DNA of 64,000 nt, taken from NCBI RefSeq assembly GCF_002113885.1, contig NW_018406816.1, positions 406,426 through 470,425 on the forward strand, given 5' to 3'. Position numbers and translations under genes: made by a program. Of the stretch, positions 50,501 to 63,137 are shown one piece after another. This DNA is from Mizuhopecten yessoensis. Its lineage: Eukaryota. Below the pieces are notes generated by a model. That model searched no databases. It saw only the letters and a list, made by a program, of their open reading frames with translations, and was not told where the DNA came from. Each line of letters starts with the position of its first letter. The stretch's first letter is position 1.

Positions 50501-53500
50501 TTTGATAGTTGTGGTGTTTTTTGTCTCAGTTGGAAAATAAGCACAAAATGTGTATGAAATTTCAAGATAATACTGTCGGACTGTTTTTAGGTTTTTGACA
50601 AACTGAGGATATTTGTTATTTATTAGATGACCTAAACAATTTTGTTTTTGCTTAATAGTTTTGTACGAAATATATGAAATTTTGTTGATTTGTTGATTAT
50701 ATCTGCATAGCTTTTTCATGAATTTTTATCAATTTATGTTCTACTGTAGTAATGGAAAATTGCTTTTAAAGTTGTGGTTTTGTCTTTGAACAAAATAATC
50801 TATTAACTCATTCAACCCTACATGTTTAAACTAGACTTGCTGAGTCTTTGATTTGGTAATGTTCAAATGTGACTTTAGGGGTGAATGGGTTAAAAGTAAG
50901 GTTTTACTTACAGGTGTTACATGAAATATTATCCTCTTATATTTAAATTCAAACAAAACAAAATTTCATCAGTTCATGTTCACAGGAAAACGTTTTAAAT
51001 TGTTTTTGTGCTTTGATGAAATATTATAATAAAAGTAAGGGTTTATTAACAGGTGTTACATGAAATATTACTTTTTTTACACAGAAACTAAATCGCTCCT
51101 ACCTGTACTGCGAGCTGTTCCGTGCCTGTTTTATGGGGCTAGTGGATTCCGCAGACAGTCAGGAAGAACTCAAGTGGGCAGCATTTACTTATTTAAAGGT
51201 AATTTATCCAATCATTATATAAAAACTGTGAAAGTGGAAGTTTGGGGGCGTGTAAATATTCATGCTTTCACGTTGAGTAAATTTTCACAAAAAAAACCCT
51301 CGTGCGATTATAAATTGATAGATTATATAGGTTATAAATACGTATTTAGGATATATCGATTCTTGAATCATTGCCAACGTGAAAGATCTATTTAAAGAGT
51401 CGTAACGCAACAATTTGCAATGATATGACTCTTGTTTGTAATGTCATACTGTATGCCGGGAAATTTTCGTTCTTTGGCGGTAAAATCCATTTTCGCCCTA
51501 TGTTAAATCGCCTTTAACATATAAATACTATGTACATTATGTTGTTGCCAAAAGTTCACTGTAATGATAGATTTGTCCTTATTATGGAGGGCGAAAATAG
51601 GCAAAATATTAAACTGGAATGAAAATTTCTTGTTTCACAGTATATCAGTAGCGTACAACATCAAACCTCTTGCAGATTAATGAAATATTTTTCAGGATAA
51701 CAATATAGTATTGCTGTATACTTGGAACTTTTGCAGCAGTTTAATTTTTGCCTTTTTTTTTTTATTCATTACGACAAACATGAGTAAACAACATAATACA
51801 TTGTAATTAAAAGTTGATTAATCGTTATTAATTATTAGTACACACAACATACAGTAATTATATGTGAAGAACAAAATTAACACTAGGCGAACATGAGTTT
51901 TTTCAGTGAAGGGAAAATATTTTACAAGGCAAGAAGTTGTCCGGTATACAGTACCTGTATCGTCTACAATGCCTTGTTAATCATGTGTAACTTTCCTTAA
52001 TTATCCCTTGCAACAAAAGTTTGAGGGGATATAGGATTCCGTCTACATATATATGTACGCATGTTAAATATTCGTCATAGCTCAATCAACTTCATTTCCC
52101 AACGGAATTTCATGAAACTCGATGACAAGTGTTTGATATGACAATACCTTGAACAAGTTTGCGTGTGTCAGGTTACGACGTTGAAGGTCAAGGTCACTGT
52201 TACAATTTTTAGAAAAACTTTGTCATCACTCTAGCCACTTCATTCCTCAACAGAATTTATTAAACTTCATACAAGTGTTTGGTATGACAATGCCTTGAAC
52301 AAGTTCGGATTTCTACGTTGAAGGTCAAGGTCACTGTTACTATTTTTAGGAAAAAAAAAATTCACTTCATTCCTCAAGGGAATTTCATGAAATTTATACA
52401 TATTTATATTATACATAATGTGTGAATGTGAATGCGAGGGGATTTGTATCACTTGTGATGCCTTGTTCCATTTCGTTGTACAGCTGCCACAAGTGCTGCT
52501 GAAGTTTAACCAACAGGCTCCCGGACAGGACTTCGGTAAAGAACTGGAACAGGGATTTGACCTCCTGCTCAACTCTGTCCCACTTTTGGATCTCACTGAT
52601 GTCAGACTCAAGTGAGTACATTGATACAGAATTCCTACCTCTGATCTGTTGAGCTGTTTAGATTTTAAATTAACCCTTTCAACCCTATGTTACTTTAGTA
52701 GACTCTACCATGCATTGACCTGGATGAGTTCATTATGGTCTACATTGGTGAAAGGGTTAAAAGAGTTTTTATATAAACTTAATGTATTTTACAACAATTA
52801 TGAAACAAGTTATAACCATTTAAATGATTCGCTCTTGTTGGCCCGGATGTTGGCACTTGGGGGGGTGGGGGTGTTTTAATGTGGGAGGAAAGTGGAGAAG
52901 CCGGAGAAAACCCACATGATCGGCTGGTGACCAAATAGCTTTTCATATTGGATTAGGGAATCAAACCATGCTCGCCTTGGTGAAAGGCGAGCGCATTGTA
53001 TCCACTGCGCCACCCGACCACCTAAACATTTTTTCTTTGATCCCTCGGGAATTTCCTTTACTTTATGTAATGGTAATAGCAGACTTTACAAATTAGATTT
53101 CATTTTGTTTAGTTTCAAAGTTTTTGGACAGAGTTGTTTAATATCGTTATGGAATTGATCGTGTCAGTGCAAACTAAAATCGGAGCTACTTTTGGATTGC
53201 TTAACAAGGTTTTTACAAGAGTGGAATTAGGATTTAGATAAAAATGATTAAACGTACAAATCTAAAAATGACTATACACACAGGATCTGTGCCTCTTGTA
53301 CTCTATGTTTATAATAATAATAATAATATAAAACATTTATATAGTGCCCTATAAAATTAGTAAAATTACTCTTAAGGCGCTTTAGTATAGTATTTCTACA
53401 GTGTCAGTTATAGATATAGTAGATAAAAAAGGCAAACAAGTCAGCATTATACGATAAGTAACAAGACAATTATCTCAAAATGCATATAAATGAATATAGA

Positions 53501-56500
53501 AAGGGTGTTGTATACATGATGTCTGTGGAAAGAGCCAAAAATGCAGACGTGAAGTTTCATTATTGCATTATTGGCAGCTTTGTAACATAACGATTATTTG
53601 ATCTCTAACAACCACAAGAATTACTACAATACACATGTATAACATATGAAGAGGTATTGTGATTTATACAGGAGCTATTTAGTACATATTAAGCTGTTGA
53701 AATAGTGAGTTATCTCCCATTGAACCGTCAGCATGTGCACAGTTCTCTGATTGTTTAATTGTAAAAAAAATTGATATTGACAGTGAAGGTTTATTATCGT
53801 TATTTCTTAGAAAGTACTGGAGGGATCTTCCTCAAATTTAATGTGCAGATTATAATACTCTTTGTCTGTTGTTGTGGACATTTACTTTTGAGACTGATCG
53901 GTTAAACAACATGGCTGACATGTGGCCATCTTGGATATTGACAGTGAAGGTTTGTTATTGCTATTTCTCAGAAAGTACTGGAGGGATCTTTCTTAAATTT
54001 GATGTGTAGGATCCCCTTGGTTAGTAATTATAAGCTGTGCATGTTTTGTTTTGAGAGTGATCATAAAAACAAGATGGCCACAGGAAGTACTTAACAGATC
54101 TTTCTCATATTGCAATGATCGGTTCTATTTCTTTCACATTAAATACATTACTAGTAAAATGTGAAACTACAAACTCATGTTGAAAGTTGTCTTTATACAT
54201 AGCGGTTTGAAGTTTAGATCAAAAGATGCCTCAATGTGCATTTACTGTTAACATGACTTGATCATGCAGATAAGAGAAAAGATTGAGCTGACGCACAACT
54301 TAAGTAGGACGAGGAATAGTGATAAAGTTAGTGCCGCCGCTGGGGCTCGAACCCTTGGCTCTCCAGCCTGATGCTTTACCGCTGAGTTAAAGAGAAATTC
54401 CCAACAGCTGAAGCTTGTAAGGCAACCTTGTCAATGCACCTCTTTTACACTATTCCCCCTTTTTTTGAAAAACCAACCCAAATTCTTTAACTCCCTATCT
54501 AGGATTCTCCTACCTTGAACGGGGAGGGTCAACGGCACCGGTTTGTAGTAGGACGAGGAATAGTGGTACAGATAGTGCCACCTTTTACAGAACTAATGCG
54601 GAGGGTACAATGATGGTGCCAGGATCTTTCTGGGATCTCTTGTCTATGTCTCTTTTTCATACTTATTCCAACTTTAATTTTATTGTGTTTGTTTTCACAG
54701 CTGTGAGGCTTTGTTACAACTGATCCACGAGTGTATGAAATACGACCTACTGTCCCAACCACAAATAGAGCGTCTACTCACTCGCAGGTAAATATAACAA
54801 TCTGAAACATTTTCTAATGAACCCGTTTTCAAGCAAGTAACAAGATCTATCTATCGGATAATGTATTATAAATTGTAATGTTGAAAAAACAATCTTCAAA
54901 GGTACATTTAAAAGAATAATACACTTTGATAATGGATTTTAGCTTGGCAGGGACTGTACTTAGATGATGGGGATCTGAAGTTATGTTTAGGCGTTTTAAC
55001 CCGGTAAAGGCCCCAGGTTTAGCAGCCAAAGGGGAGAACTTCTGTTACAAATTTAAAACAAAATCTTCCTCTGAAGACCTGAAAATGCCCCTTTCACATG
55101 TAGAAAGATCTAGGCAAAAAGAATGCAGGATGTTGAATTGTCACATTCCTAAATATCTCCGAATAGGGTGATAAGAAGGGGCCAAAATTTGCTGCAGTGG
55201 TATATATATTTTGGGAAAACGACACTAACATTTCATTCTGTCAGTGTTTGTGGCTTTATATCGGCCACAATTGATCCGAGTCATCCTGAGAATACTACCA
55301 ATACATCATGTTGAATTAGTAATTATATTCTAGACGGAATGAATCGGCCAAACCGGCGAAGAATTCCCAGCCCACAACTCAGCCGAGTGCTAGTCTAATC
55401 CTGCGAGCCGAGAGTACAGTGACAAGTATACTTAAGGTAAAATTTGGGCCTACTGGAGACACGGAGAGAGATCTCTGAGGGAATGACATTCGAATATCCT
55501 CATCTGTAAAAATAAAATATCCTTAAGTGAAGTCGGAAGAGCAGCATGGACTTCTCCTGTACCATAAAGTATTGTGACATGCCTCCGATTTAAAACTGTT
55601 CGTTTGTTTCTGAGATGCTACATTGTGATTGTCTTTGTCTGTTACATCCAGTAAATGATGCTTGCCTTCACCTTCGTAGATCGTATCTGATTGAAACATT
55701 GATGATGCAATAACGTAGTTTACGCTTTGGACGGAAAAGATATTTATAGCTCAGAGCTGACTGCTTCACATTTCTTTCATTAATGTAATTTGCTATTAAT
55801 AATAATATAACAGCTTCTGTCGTTTTGATTTTATTTTAATGTTTTTGTTTTGTTTTTGTTTATTGTGTATATGATCCTATATACCGGTATATCAAATTTA
55901 ATTTCACAAGTTATATATAGTGTCACTCTAAAATCCTAAGACTTTTGAAACTGAACACTTATGCCAAACGGAATCTAAGTTTTGAAATTTAAAGAATATA
56001 TTTTAAATAGTTTTATGTTCAATTTTACAACTCCTTATGATTTTTTTTTCAAATTAGAAAAACTACATGCATGTGTGCATGTAAGGAAGATTTAGTTTTA
56101 TGCTCTAATGAAGAAGATGGTCTCCTAGAAAACTATTATGATATAAAACAGTTATGGTAGTGTGTGGTAAATTTGTACCTTTATGCTATCTCTGTAATCT
56201 TGTTGGACGGTGAAAGGTAGAAATATAAATATATATAGTGCTTTAAATTGGTGGATACATTTGTAAACATTTAAACAACTTTTGTATGAGAAAGTTTAAT
56301 AAAGTCAATATGTAAAAAGTCATATGAATCAATTTGTGAAGTACTGTATTTGCCATTTACTAGTGCTCGGTATCAATTTTTAGTACCCATTGAAATTAGA
56401 TATATAAATGCCTCCCAGCCTGATCCACACCCACAATTATGGCTCTGGATTGCTAAAGTGGTAGACTATCTCTCCTCCCCCAGAACATGGAAACTGGGAG

Positions 56501-59500
56501 GATTTTTTTGGGAAAATTCATTGATGTAATAAATTTAAAAAAAATAATTGGATGATCATTATAACATTTAACCCTGAAGACTTGAAATCAGCAGTTTTAC
56601 TTTTTATCAAAGCCCCCTTTATGACAACATTATTAGTCTGTCCTTCCTACATATGCTGCATTATGAGAACTCGGTTGAGTGTGAGGAATTTATTTTTTAT
56701 TTTAAGTTATGCATTTATTTTTGACAGGTTTCCCAGCAAGGGATTTTAAATTTAAAGGGCAGTTTGGGAAACATCACAAGCTTGGTACTTAAACAGACCT
56801 AGTAAATGTCTTCTGATCAACGTCTGTGGCATAACTTACATTTTTTTTTTCATCATAGACCCCATCCCCATGCTAATTGTTTTTAAAGCACCCTCGGTAC
56901 TAATCATGGTGAATACAGTACTGCCCGTTTTAAATCAGATTTTTTTTTTTTACAATTAAATATCTTGTTTTTCTAATAACCTCAGATTTGATAACTGATT
57001 AATGGGTTCTTCTGGACACAGTAGTTTATATTTTTATCTTATAATGGCGTCATTCCTTATCTATAATATTAATTTTTTTTTCTTCACTGTATGATTTTCA
57101 TTATCTGCTCTTCTCAGTGTTTTGTGTGTTTGTTTCAGCCATAGCCTCTTTGTAACCCCAAACACTGTTGCTTGTACGGAGTAAAAATTGACCAATCACA
57201 GAGGCCGTAATCGTGTTACCCTTCATCAAAATTTAAAAAAAAGCAGCACTTGATTAAGTACCATCATGGCTATTGCAAAATGCAAAGACATCATTTATGA
57301 AGCTAATGCGAGTTTTGCTTTTTGGTCAAATCTAAAATAATGAAAATAAATCACTCGTATTGGAGTGTGTGAAAGTGTTGTAACACACACTGATTGAAAA
57401 TTGGTATGGATGATGATACTGGATCATTGTACGATTAACAGGGTCTTTTACCAATTGAACATTCAGATAGTAATAACCAGTCTGGTGTAACAATTAAATT
57501 TCTGACAAGTAGAAAAATATTAATCCAAATCTAGGTATTTTTACTTATGTAGTTGAATAATTAAATTATCCTGAGCGACTGGAAAGATGCTCATGAAATT
57601 ATTTAAATTTTGTTTTTAAAGTTCCAATTTGATTTATTAGAAGGTGAAATTAATTTCACGAAATAACACATCGTAGGATTTATTTTAAGACACCAATTTC
57701 TAGAGAAACATGAAAAAACTGAATATCTGTTTTAGATGGCATCGTGATGTCATACCATTGTCTCTATTGTGATGTCACAGCTGTCAGCTGTCATAGTGGA
57801 ATGTTGCAAAGAGTCATAACAAGCTATCTATCTAAAGTCTGTACACCAGGTGATAGCAAATTTCTTCCCTTAACCCGTTCACCACTGTAGACCATAATGG
57901 ACTCATCCAGATGAATGTATTGTAGAGTCTACTCCAGCTACCTAGCTAGGGGTGAAAAGGGTTAGTCAATATAAGACTTCACAAACCTTGTTTTAAAGTC
58001 CTAACTGTTTCACATGATGTATTATAGAAATTATTGTTAAACCAATATAAGGAATGTAAAATTTATGAAAAAACAACAACAATAAATTGTAATGATAAAG
58101 TAAAGAATAGCAAATTGATACTTGTTTAATCTGAACCCTGAATGTTCTGAAATTCTGCCTAATCTAACATAATGTTCAACTCCCTTTTCCTATAAAAAAA
58201 TACCTGATATTCTGATATACTGTCTAATCAGATCAATATATTATGTCCCGACTGGTGTCAGATTAGACAGGTTAATCTGACCAGTATGTTAGGTCTGACA
58301 GGTTGTCAGATAAGACAGGTAATCTGATTAATATTTTATGCCCCAAATGGTGTCAGATTAGACAGGTAATCTGATCAATATTGTATGTCCCACAGGGTGT
58401 GGGATTAGACAGGATAATCCCATAAATATGATGTGTTCCACAGGGTGTCAGATTAGACAGGTTAATGTGACCAATATATTGTATTCTAGTGTGTCAGATA
58501 AGACAGGTTAATCCGACCTATAGACAGGTTTACAGCGTATATTGATCAAATTGAAGTCAAATGCTCTATGAAATATTGGATCTCAATATCATTTACATGG
58601 GTATTAGAAAGTTTTCTTATATATGATAGAATATGTGATTGAATTTAAGGGTATTTCAACTGTTAATCATAAACACTTTTATAATGTCAGTGTTTCTCCA
58701 CCATCATGATGATCTATTCCTAACATGTGCAAATATGCTATTCATGTAAGATTTTCATGTTTTTTTTAAATATTTTAGTATTGCAACATATTGCAATAAA
58801 GTTTTCTCCCCCTAATGGCTGGCTCTAACTGTTACATCGTGTCAAACTGATCAAATCGGTGAGGGTAATATAAACATTTCAGCTCTGAAGTAATTTATAA
58901 AACTTCTTTGTATAAAGAAAAAAAAGTAACAATTAATCTTCCTCAAGTTATATAACACAAATTGATTGGTTCATGAGAATTGAGATCCCAATATAATATG
59001 TGAATCCCAATAAAATATGTGAATCCCAGTAAAGAATGTGAATCCAAGTAAATTATGGGAATCCCAGTAAAGAATGTGAATCCCAGTAAAGTATGGGAAT
59101 CTCAGTAAAGTATGGGAAAACTTAGTAAAGTGTGTGAATCACAGTAAAAAAAAATGTGAATCCCAGTTAAGTATGTGAATCTCAGTAAAGTGTGTGAATC
59201 CAAGTAAATTATGTGAATCCCAGTAAAAAAAAATGTGAATCCCAGTTAAGTATGTGAATCAGTTATGTGATTGGTCAGTCTGTCTCTGCTGCACCCTGTA
59301 GAAATGCTTGTTTGCAGTGAAGTCCATTCATTTTGTTTTCTTTCAGACTCTGGAGGATAAGATCCGTCTTGACTGCTCCAGTAAAGACCGTAACGTAGGT
59401 TATATATACAGTGTACTAACAGTTAAACCTACACCCAAGTTTATTTTTGGGAATAGGATAAAATGATAATCTAACCGATGGGCTGGTGGATGGGGAATGA

Positions 59501-62500
59501 TAGCAGTTTGTGCAGACTGATAGAATCTGGGAGAAATATCAACCCAAGGGTAAGGTTTTTGAAGTCTAGCACTTTGCAAAGCTCTATGCTAAACTTTAAA
59601 AAATATCATCTTGAGCGTTGAGATTTCTCTGTTTGCCTTACCGAGTAGTGGGTATTTTTCTCCTGCACTTTAATTCTACGTTGAAAATATATAGTACATG
59701 TATAAGTGGACACAATGCAGCACACCAGCATCAAAATTGGACACAATGCAGCACACCATCATCAAGTGTGCCTACAATGTGTGACATAGATGCTACTGTG
59801 GTTAAATTAGGGCTGCAACGATATATCGCAATATTTTGATACATTACGGTACACCTTCGATATTTTCAGGATTTTGTTGTTTCTGAATTAAGTCTACTCA
59901 TCGGTTCCAACATGGCGAGTATCAGCTGCAGCTCGGCTTGCACGTGGAAAGACCCATCTTTCAAATTGTCCAACACTCATCTTATTGAGTAAAGATTAGG
60001 AAGAACAGAAGAAAGGGGAAATTGAGAAGGGAAATCAAGGGCTGGGGAGTGCTAGAGGAGCAAATATGATGTAATGAACTTCAAAAAGAGGGGGTTGAAA
60101 AGAGGAGTACAAGATTAAGACCGGGGAGGGGGTAATTATAAGTACAATGCCAGAAAGCTGGTGAAAAATATAAATATTAAAAAAAGAAAATGGCTCAAGA
60201 ACCTTGGTATTAAGATATATCCCTCGTGTATGCTTGAACTACTTGTATATCTATGTTTTAAGGTGTTTTCATGTTTTCATTGTTTCCCATGGTTCTTTCA
60301 ATTTCTGCATGCATATATATGCTAGCTTGAATTTAATCCATTAATAATAATGCGAGTCAGCTACATGATGTTAAGGTTTGAAACCAAACATTTATCGTAT
60401 ATTTCTATGTTAATTAGTGCATGACTTTGTATCCTTTTGGTTACTGTATTATGATGTGTGATCTTATTATATCTAATCTATGTCTTCTGGCATATAAAGT
60501 TTTGGAAATGGTAGCAACCACTGTACACTGCTTAGCATTTTGTACTAAATTATGTCTGTGCTTAAAATTCAAAACTAAAAAAAAAAGTAAAAAATCTAAA
60601 ACACAAAAATATATAAATGAATACCTCTACAAAAAAGAAAGGAATGAGTTAAACTTAAAAAATCCCTTAATCAAATTATGTATAGTTTTCATTTTGTCGT
60701 GTTTCATTAATGATAAACAGAAAATTTATTAATTTTACTTATATGAGACACATTATAATTTATTCCTATGAGACACATTATAATTTATTTCTATGAGACA
60801 CATTATAATTTATTTCTATGAGACACATTATATGAGACACATTATAATTTATTTCTGTGAGACACATAATTTATTTCTATGAGACACACACATTATAATT
60901 TATTTCTATGAGACACATTATAATTTATTTGTATGAGACACATTATAATTTATTTCTTTGAAACACATTATATGAGACACATTATAATTTATTTCTATGA
61001 CACACATTATAATTTATTTCTATGAGACACATTATATGAGACACATAATAATTTATTTCTGTGAGACACATAATTTATTTCTATGAGACACACACATTAT
61101 AATTTATTTCTATGAGACACATTATAATTTATTTGTATGAGACACATTATAATTTATTTCTTTGAAACACATTATATGAGACACATTATAATTTATTTCT
61201 ATGACACACATTATAATTTATTTCTATGAGACACATTATAATTTATTTCTATGAGACACATTATAATTTATTTCTGTGAGACACATTATAATTTATTTCT
61301 GTGAGACACATTATAATTTATTTCTATGAGACACATTATAATTTATTTGTATGAGACACATTATAATTTATTTCTTTGAAACACATTATATGAGACACAT
61401 TATAATTTATTTCTATGACACACATTATAATTTATTTCTATGAGACACATTATAATTTATTTCTATGAGACACATTATAATTTATTTCTGTGAGACACAT
61501 TATAATTTATTTCTGTGAGACACATTATAATTTATTTCTATGAGACACATTATAATTTATTTGTATGAGACACATTATAATTTATTTCTTTGAAACACAT
61601 TATATGAGACACATTATAATTTATTTCTATGACACACATTATAATTTATTTCTATGAGACACATTATAATTTATTTCTATGAGACACATTATAATTTATT
61701 TCTGTGAGACACATTATAATTTATTTCTGTGAGACACATTATAATTTATTTCTATGAGACACATTATAATTTATTTGTATGAGACACATTATAATTTATT
61801 TCTTTGAAACACATTATATGAGACACATTATAAAATAACTTTCCTTGTGTCTTTCCTTGTATGGTGTAACATCTATTACATTATATTTTTTGTATTATTC
61901 GTTGGCAACCTTTCCCTTATAAACTGCAACGCTTCAAAGCAGCTTTTACTAACAAAAAATCTTAAAACCTTTTTCATGTATCACTTTCTTATCATTTAGA
62001 TTAATTACATAATTTTGCCATGATTATCTTTTAAAGAGCTGAACATTGAAGTTACTTTCCTACTTATTCAAGTGCCCCTTGAAAGTTCAGATATTTATAA
62101 TAAAACTGTTATTTTATTAATTCTAAAGATAGAATTAGCCTGACATTTGCTGTGTCTTAAGATGTCTGATATAAGCTTAAGGCATACAGGTGAAAACAAC
62201 TGACCTCTAGAAATTGTTGTAAAAAAACATTTCAAAATGAAATAATTAATTGGAGCTGATTATGAACTTTTACAGGCGTAATTATATTTATACTTAATAT
62301 GCCATTCTTGCTTACTGTAAAAAATGTTTTATAGTCCGAAAAATAGAAATTGGTGATTTATGAGGTTTTGGTCGCATTTATAGCAAATAATTTAGCAAAC
62401 TATTAACACACTATTCAAATGTCACCACTGTTTGATAAAGAAAGTAAATTTAATAGAGACAAGGGTTGGCCAAAGATTGTAAGATCTTGAACTGAATATA

Positions 62501-62980
62501 TTAGTCATCACTCGCTTTGCAATGCAGCATGTCAGTGAAAGATTAAAAATTAAAAATCATAATTAAAACAATTCATCAACCAATTTAACTACTTGTAATT
62601 TTACATTCCCTCCAAAACAGATAAAAGATTTTTTTTAATATAATCTTTGTTATAAAATTACGTACTTAAATTAGTGTGAGTACCTAAATCAAATTTGTGG
62701 ATAAAATTATTCTGATGACTGTTGAATTAACTCATTCACCCCTGAAGACACATTTGAACTCTTCCAATTCAAAGGATGGAATAGTTCATTATGAAATTGC
62801 AGGGGTGAAAGATTTAGGCCCCTTTTCTCTGTTGTAGACTCTGGACGCCGACTGCTCCAAGAACCAGGACGCATTGATGGGCGTGCTTTGTCAGATGTTG
62901 TCTGGGAAAAGCTTCGAACTCATCTTAGCCGCAGCAGCTGCAACCGGAGAGCTTCAGAGTTTTGCAACCAAACTTATCAA
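41349..62980 (+). CDS. MED24: Mediator complex subunit 24, 5' part of a multi-exon gene (3' end beyond the window)
   Basis: GT-AG exons with consistent phases: 41349-41505, 42876-42958, 43626-43738, 44909-45132, 47301-47424, 49710-49869, 51085-51198, 52484-52611, 54701-54787, 55334-55436, 62838-62980. Motifs AWRERWTDIQW, QALVGPNPNTLILSFLKY, EELKWAAFTYLKLPQVL, LILRAESTVTSILKTLDAD, MLSGKSFELILAAAAATG match vertebrate MED24 as recalled. Confidence 0.93.
42876..42958 (+). CDS. MED24: MED24 coding exon 2
   Basis: ttttcag|...EILVHQALVGPNPNTLILSFLKYTVLSQ|gtaagt. Confidence 0.92.
43626..43738 (+). CDS. MED24: MED24 coding exon 3
   Basis: cacag|VVPPSAAFNLITSFDDLSKPFCTLGLIDLAEAFACNL|gtaatg. Confidence 0.9.
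44325..44580. repeat. Degenerate ~21-22-bp minisatellite
   Basis: taaattaagctactgt(a/g)tag variants. Confidence 0.65.
44909..45132 (+). CDS. MED24: MED24 coding exon 4
   Basis: tttcccag|FTCSLDSSLTLCKCLQNTLHWL...QALLYVAMSEDT|gtactt. Confidence 0.88.
45575..46701 (+). mobile_element. HINE carrying two different internal tandem arrays
   Basis: Same termini as 27653-28481; ~155-bp units to ~46100, then ~140-bp units containing gaaacggtt.agatccccacccc at ~46120-46570. Confidence 0.85.
47080..47245 (-). mobile_element. V-domain tRNA-SINE copy
   Basis: gtgggaggaaacc...gaaaaccc core and ggggaatcaaatcc B box in reverse. Confidence 0.65.
47301..47424 (+). CDS. MED24: MED24 coding exon 5
   Basis: ttgcag|..KFHDFEQTKVNVQGTLSQLQSDVVPSQTRLKVASALKSLL|gtaagt; phases match the flanking exons. 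Confidence 0.82.
47993..48361 (+). mobile_element. HINE/pearl-like element, same family as 6600-7777
   Basis: tatacgcccgtc...gtccgtcc...gacgggtgtata...ctcttgtt. Confidence 0.7.
49710..49869 (+). CDS. MED24: MED24 coding exon 6
   Basis: actag|VQDLALPT...PTINGLVSLEAILNPTSDVQPFVEQLCVTEKLL|gtaaat. Confidence 0.9.
49910..50237. mobile_element. TA-flanked MITE
   Basis: ta|ctccaggggtaacgctcact ... agtgagcgtaacccctggag|ta. Confidence 0.65.
51085..51198 (+). CDS. MED24: MED24 coding exon 7
   Basis: acacag|KLNRSYLYCELFRACFMGLVDSADSQEELKWAAFTYLK|gtaatt. Confidence 0.93.
51447..51953. mobile_element. Two adjacent Tc1/mariner-like MITEs (~51447-51642 and ~51712-51953); related element at ~56341-56921
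   Basis: ta|ctgta...(t/c)acag|ta termini with imperfect longer TIRs. Confidence 0.5.
52001..52468 (+). mobile_element. HINE-like element ending ~15 nt before a MED24 exon
   Basis: 5' ttatccccttgc...gaggggata, internal repeats ttgaaggtcaaggtcactgtt, 3' gcgaggggga, hairpin atcacttgtgat and ccttgtt. Confidence 0.65.
52484..52611 (+). CDS. MED24: MED24 coding exon 8
   Basis: gtacag|LPQVLLKFNQQAPGQDFGKELEQGFDLLLNSVPLLDLTDVRL|gtgagt. Confidence 0.92.
52790..53025 (-). mobile_element. V-domain tRNA-SINE copy
   Basis: Reverse complement of the 4680 element: ccactgcgcca A box, gggaatcaaac B box, gtgggaggaaa core. Confidence 0.75.
54701..54787 (+). CDS. MED24: MED24 coding exon 9
   Basis: ttcacag|CEALLQLIHECMKYDLLSQPQIERLLTR|gtaaat. 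Confidence 0.9.
55334..55436 (+). CDS. MED24: MED24 coding exon 10
   Basis: ttctag|RNESAKPAKNSQPTTQPSASLILRAESTVTSILK|gtaaaa. Confidence 0.92.
58225..58530. repeat. ~40-45-bp degenerate tandem repeat
   Basis: gtgtcagattagacagg(t)taatctga variants, about 6 copies. Confidence 0.7.
58985..59260. repeat. ~19-20-bp minisatellite
   Basis: atgtgaatcccagtaaagt variants. Confidence 0.8.
59347..59394 (+). CDS. MED24: Candidate 48-nt in-frame cassette exon of MED24 (TLEDKIRLDCSSKDRN)
   Basis: Strong acceptor ttcattttgttttctttcag, donor gtaggt, phase 0/0, no stop, similar to the start of the 62838 exon. Confidence 0.55.
60741..61832. repeat. 25-bp minisatellite with a 214-bp higher-order repeat
   Basis: Unit atgagacacattataatttatttct; variant tttgaaacacattatatg recurs at 60957, 61161, 61375, 61589, 61803. 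Confidence 0.92.
62838..62980 (+). CDS. MED24: MED24 coding exon 11
   Basis: gttgtag|TLDADCSKNQDALMGVLCQMLSGKSFELILAAAAATGELQSFATKLI|gtaggt. Confidence 0.94.
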
Positions 62981-63137
62981 GTAGGTTAAATATGTCTTGT
63001 TGTCATTCGATGAAATTATGTGAAAAAGACATGAAAATGTTTGGTTAGAGGGAAGACAACCCTTGGTAGCACAATCAGTCTCATTTCTTCTTTTAATGGA
63101 TGCTTTCACTTAATATTCTGCAGATACAACTATTTTT

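Noticed and set aside
57100-57185. Strong-looking acceptor (tttgtttcag, ending 57138) followed by CCA TAG as a poison or terminal exon
   Set aside because: No convincing donor or homology; cannot be separated from chance in T-rich intron DNA without RNA data.
60741-61832. CRISPR-like periodicity
   Set aside because: No unique spacers and no cas genes, in a eukaryotic intron; it is a minisatellite.
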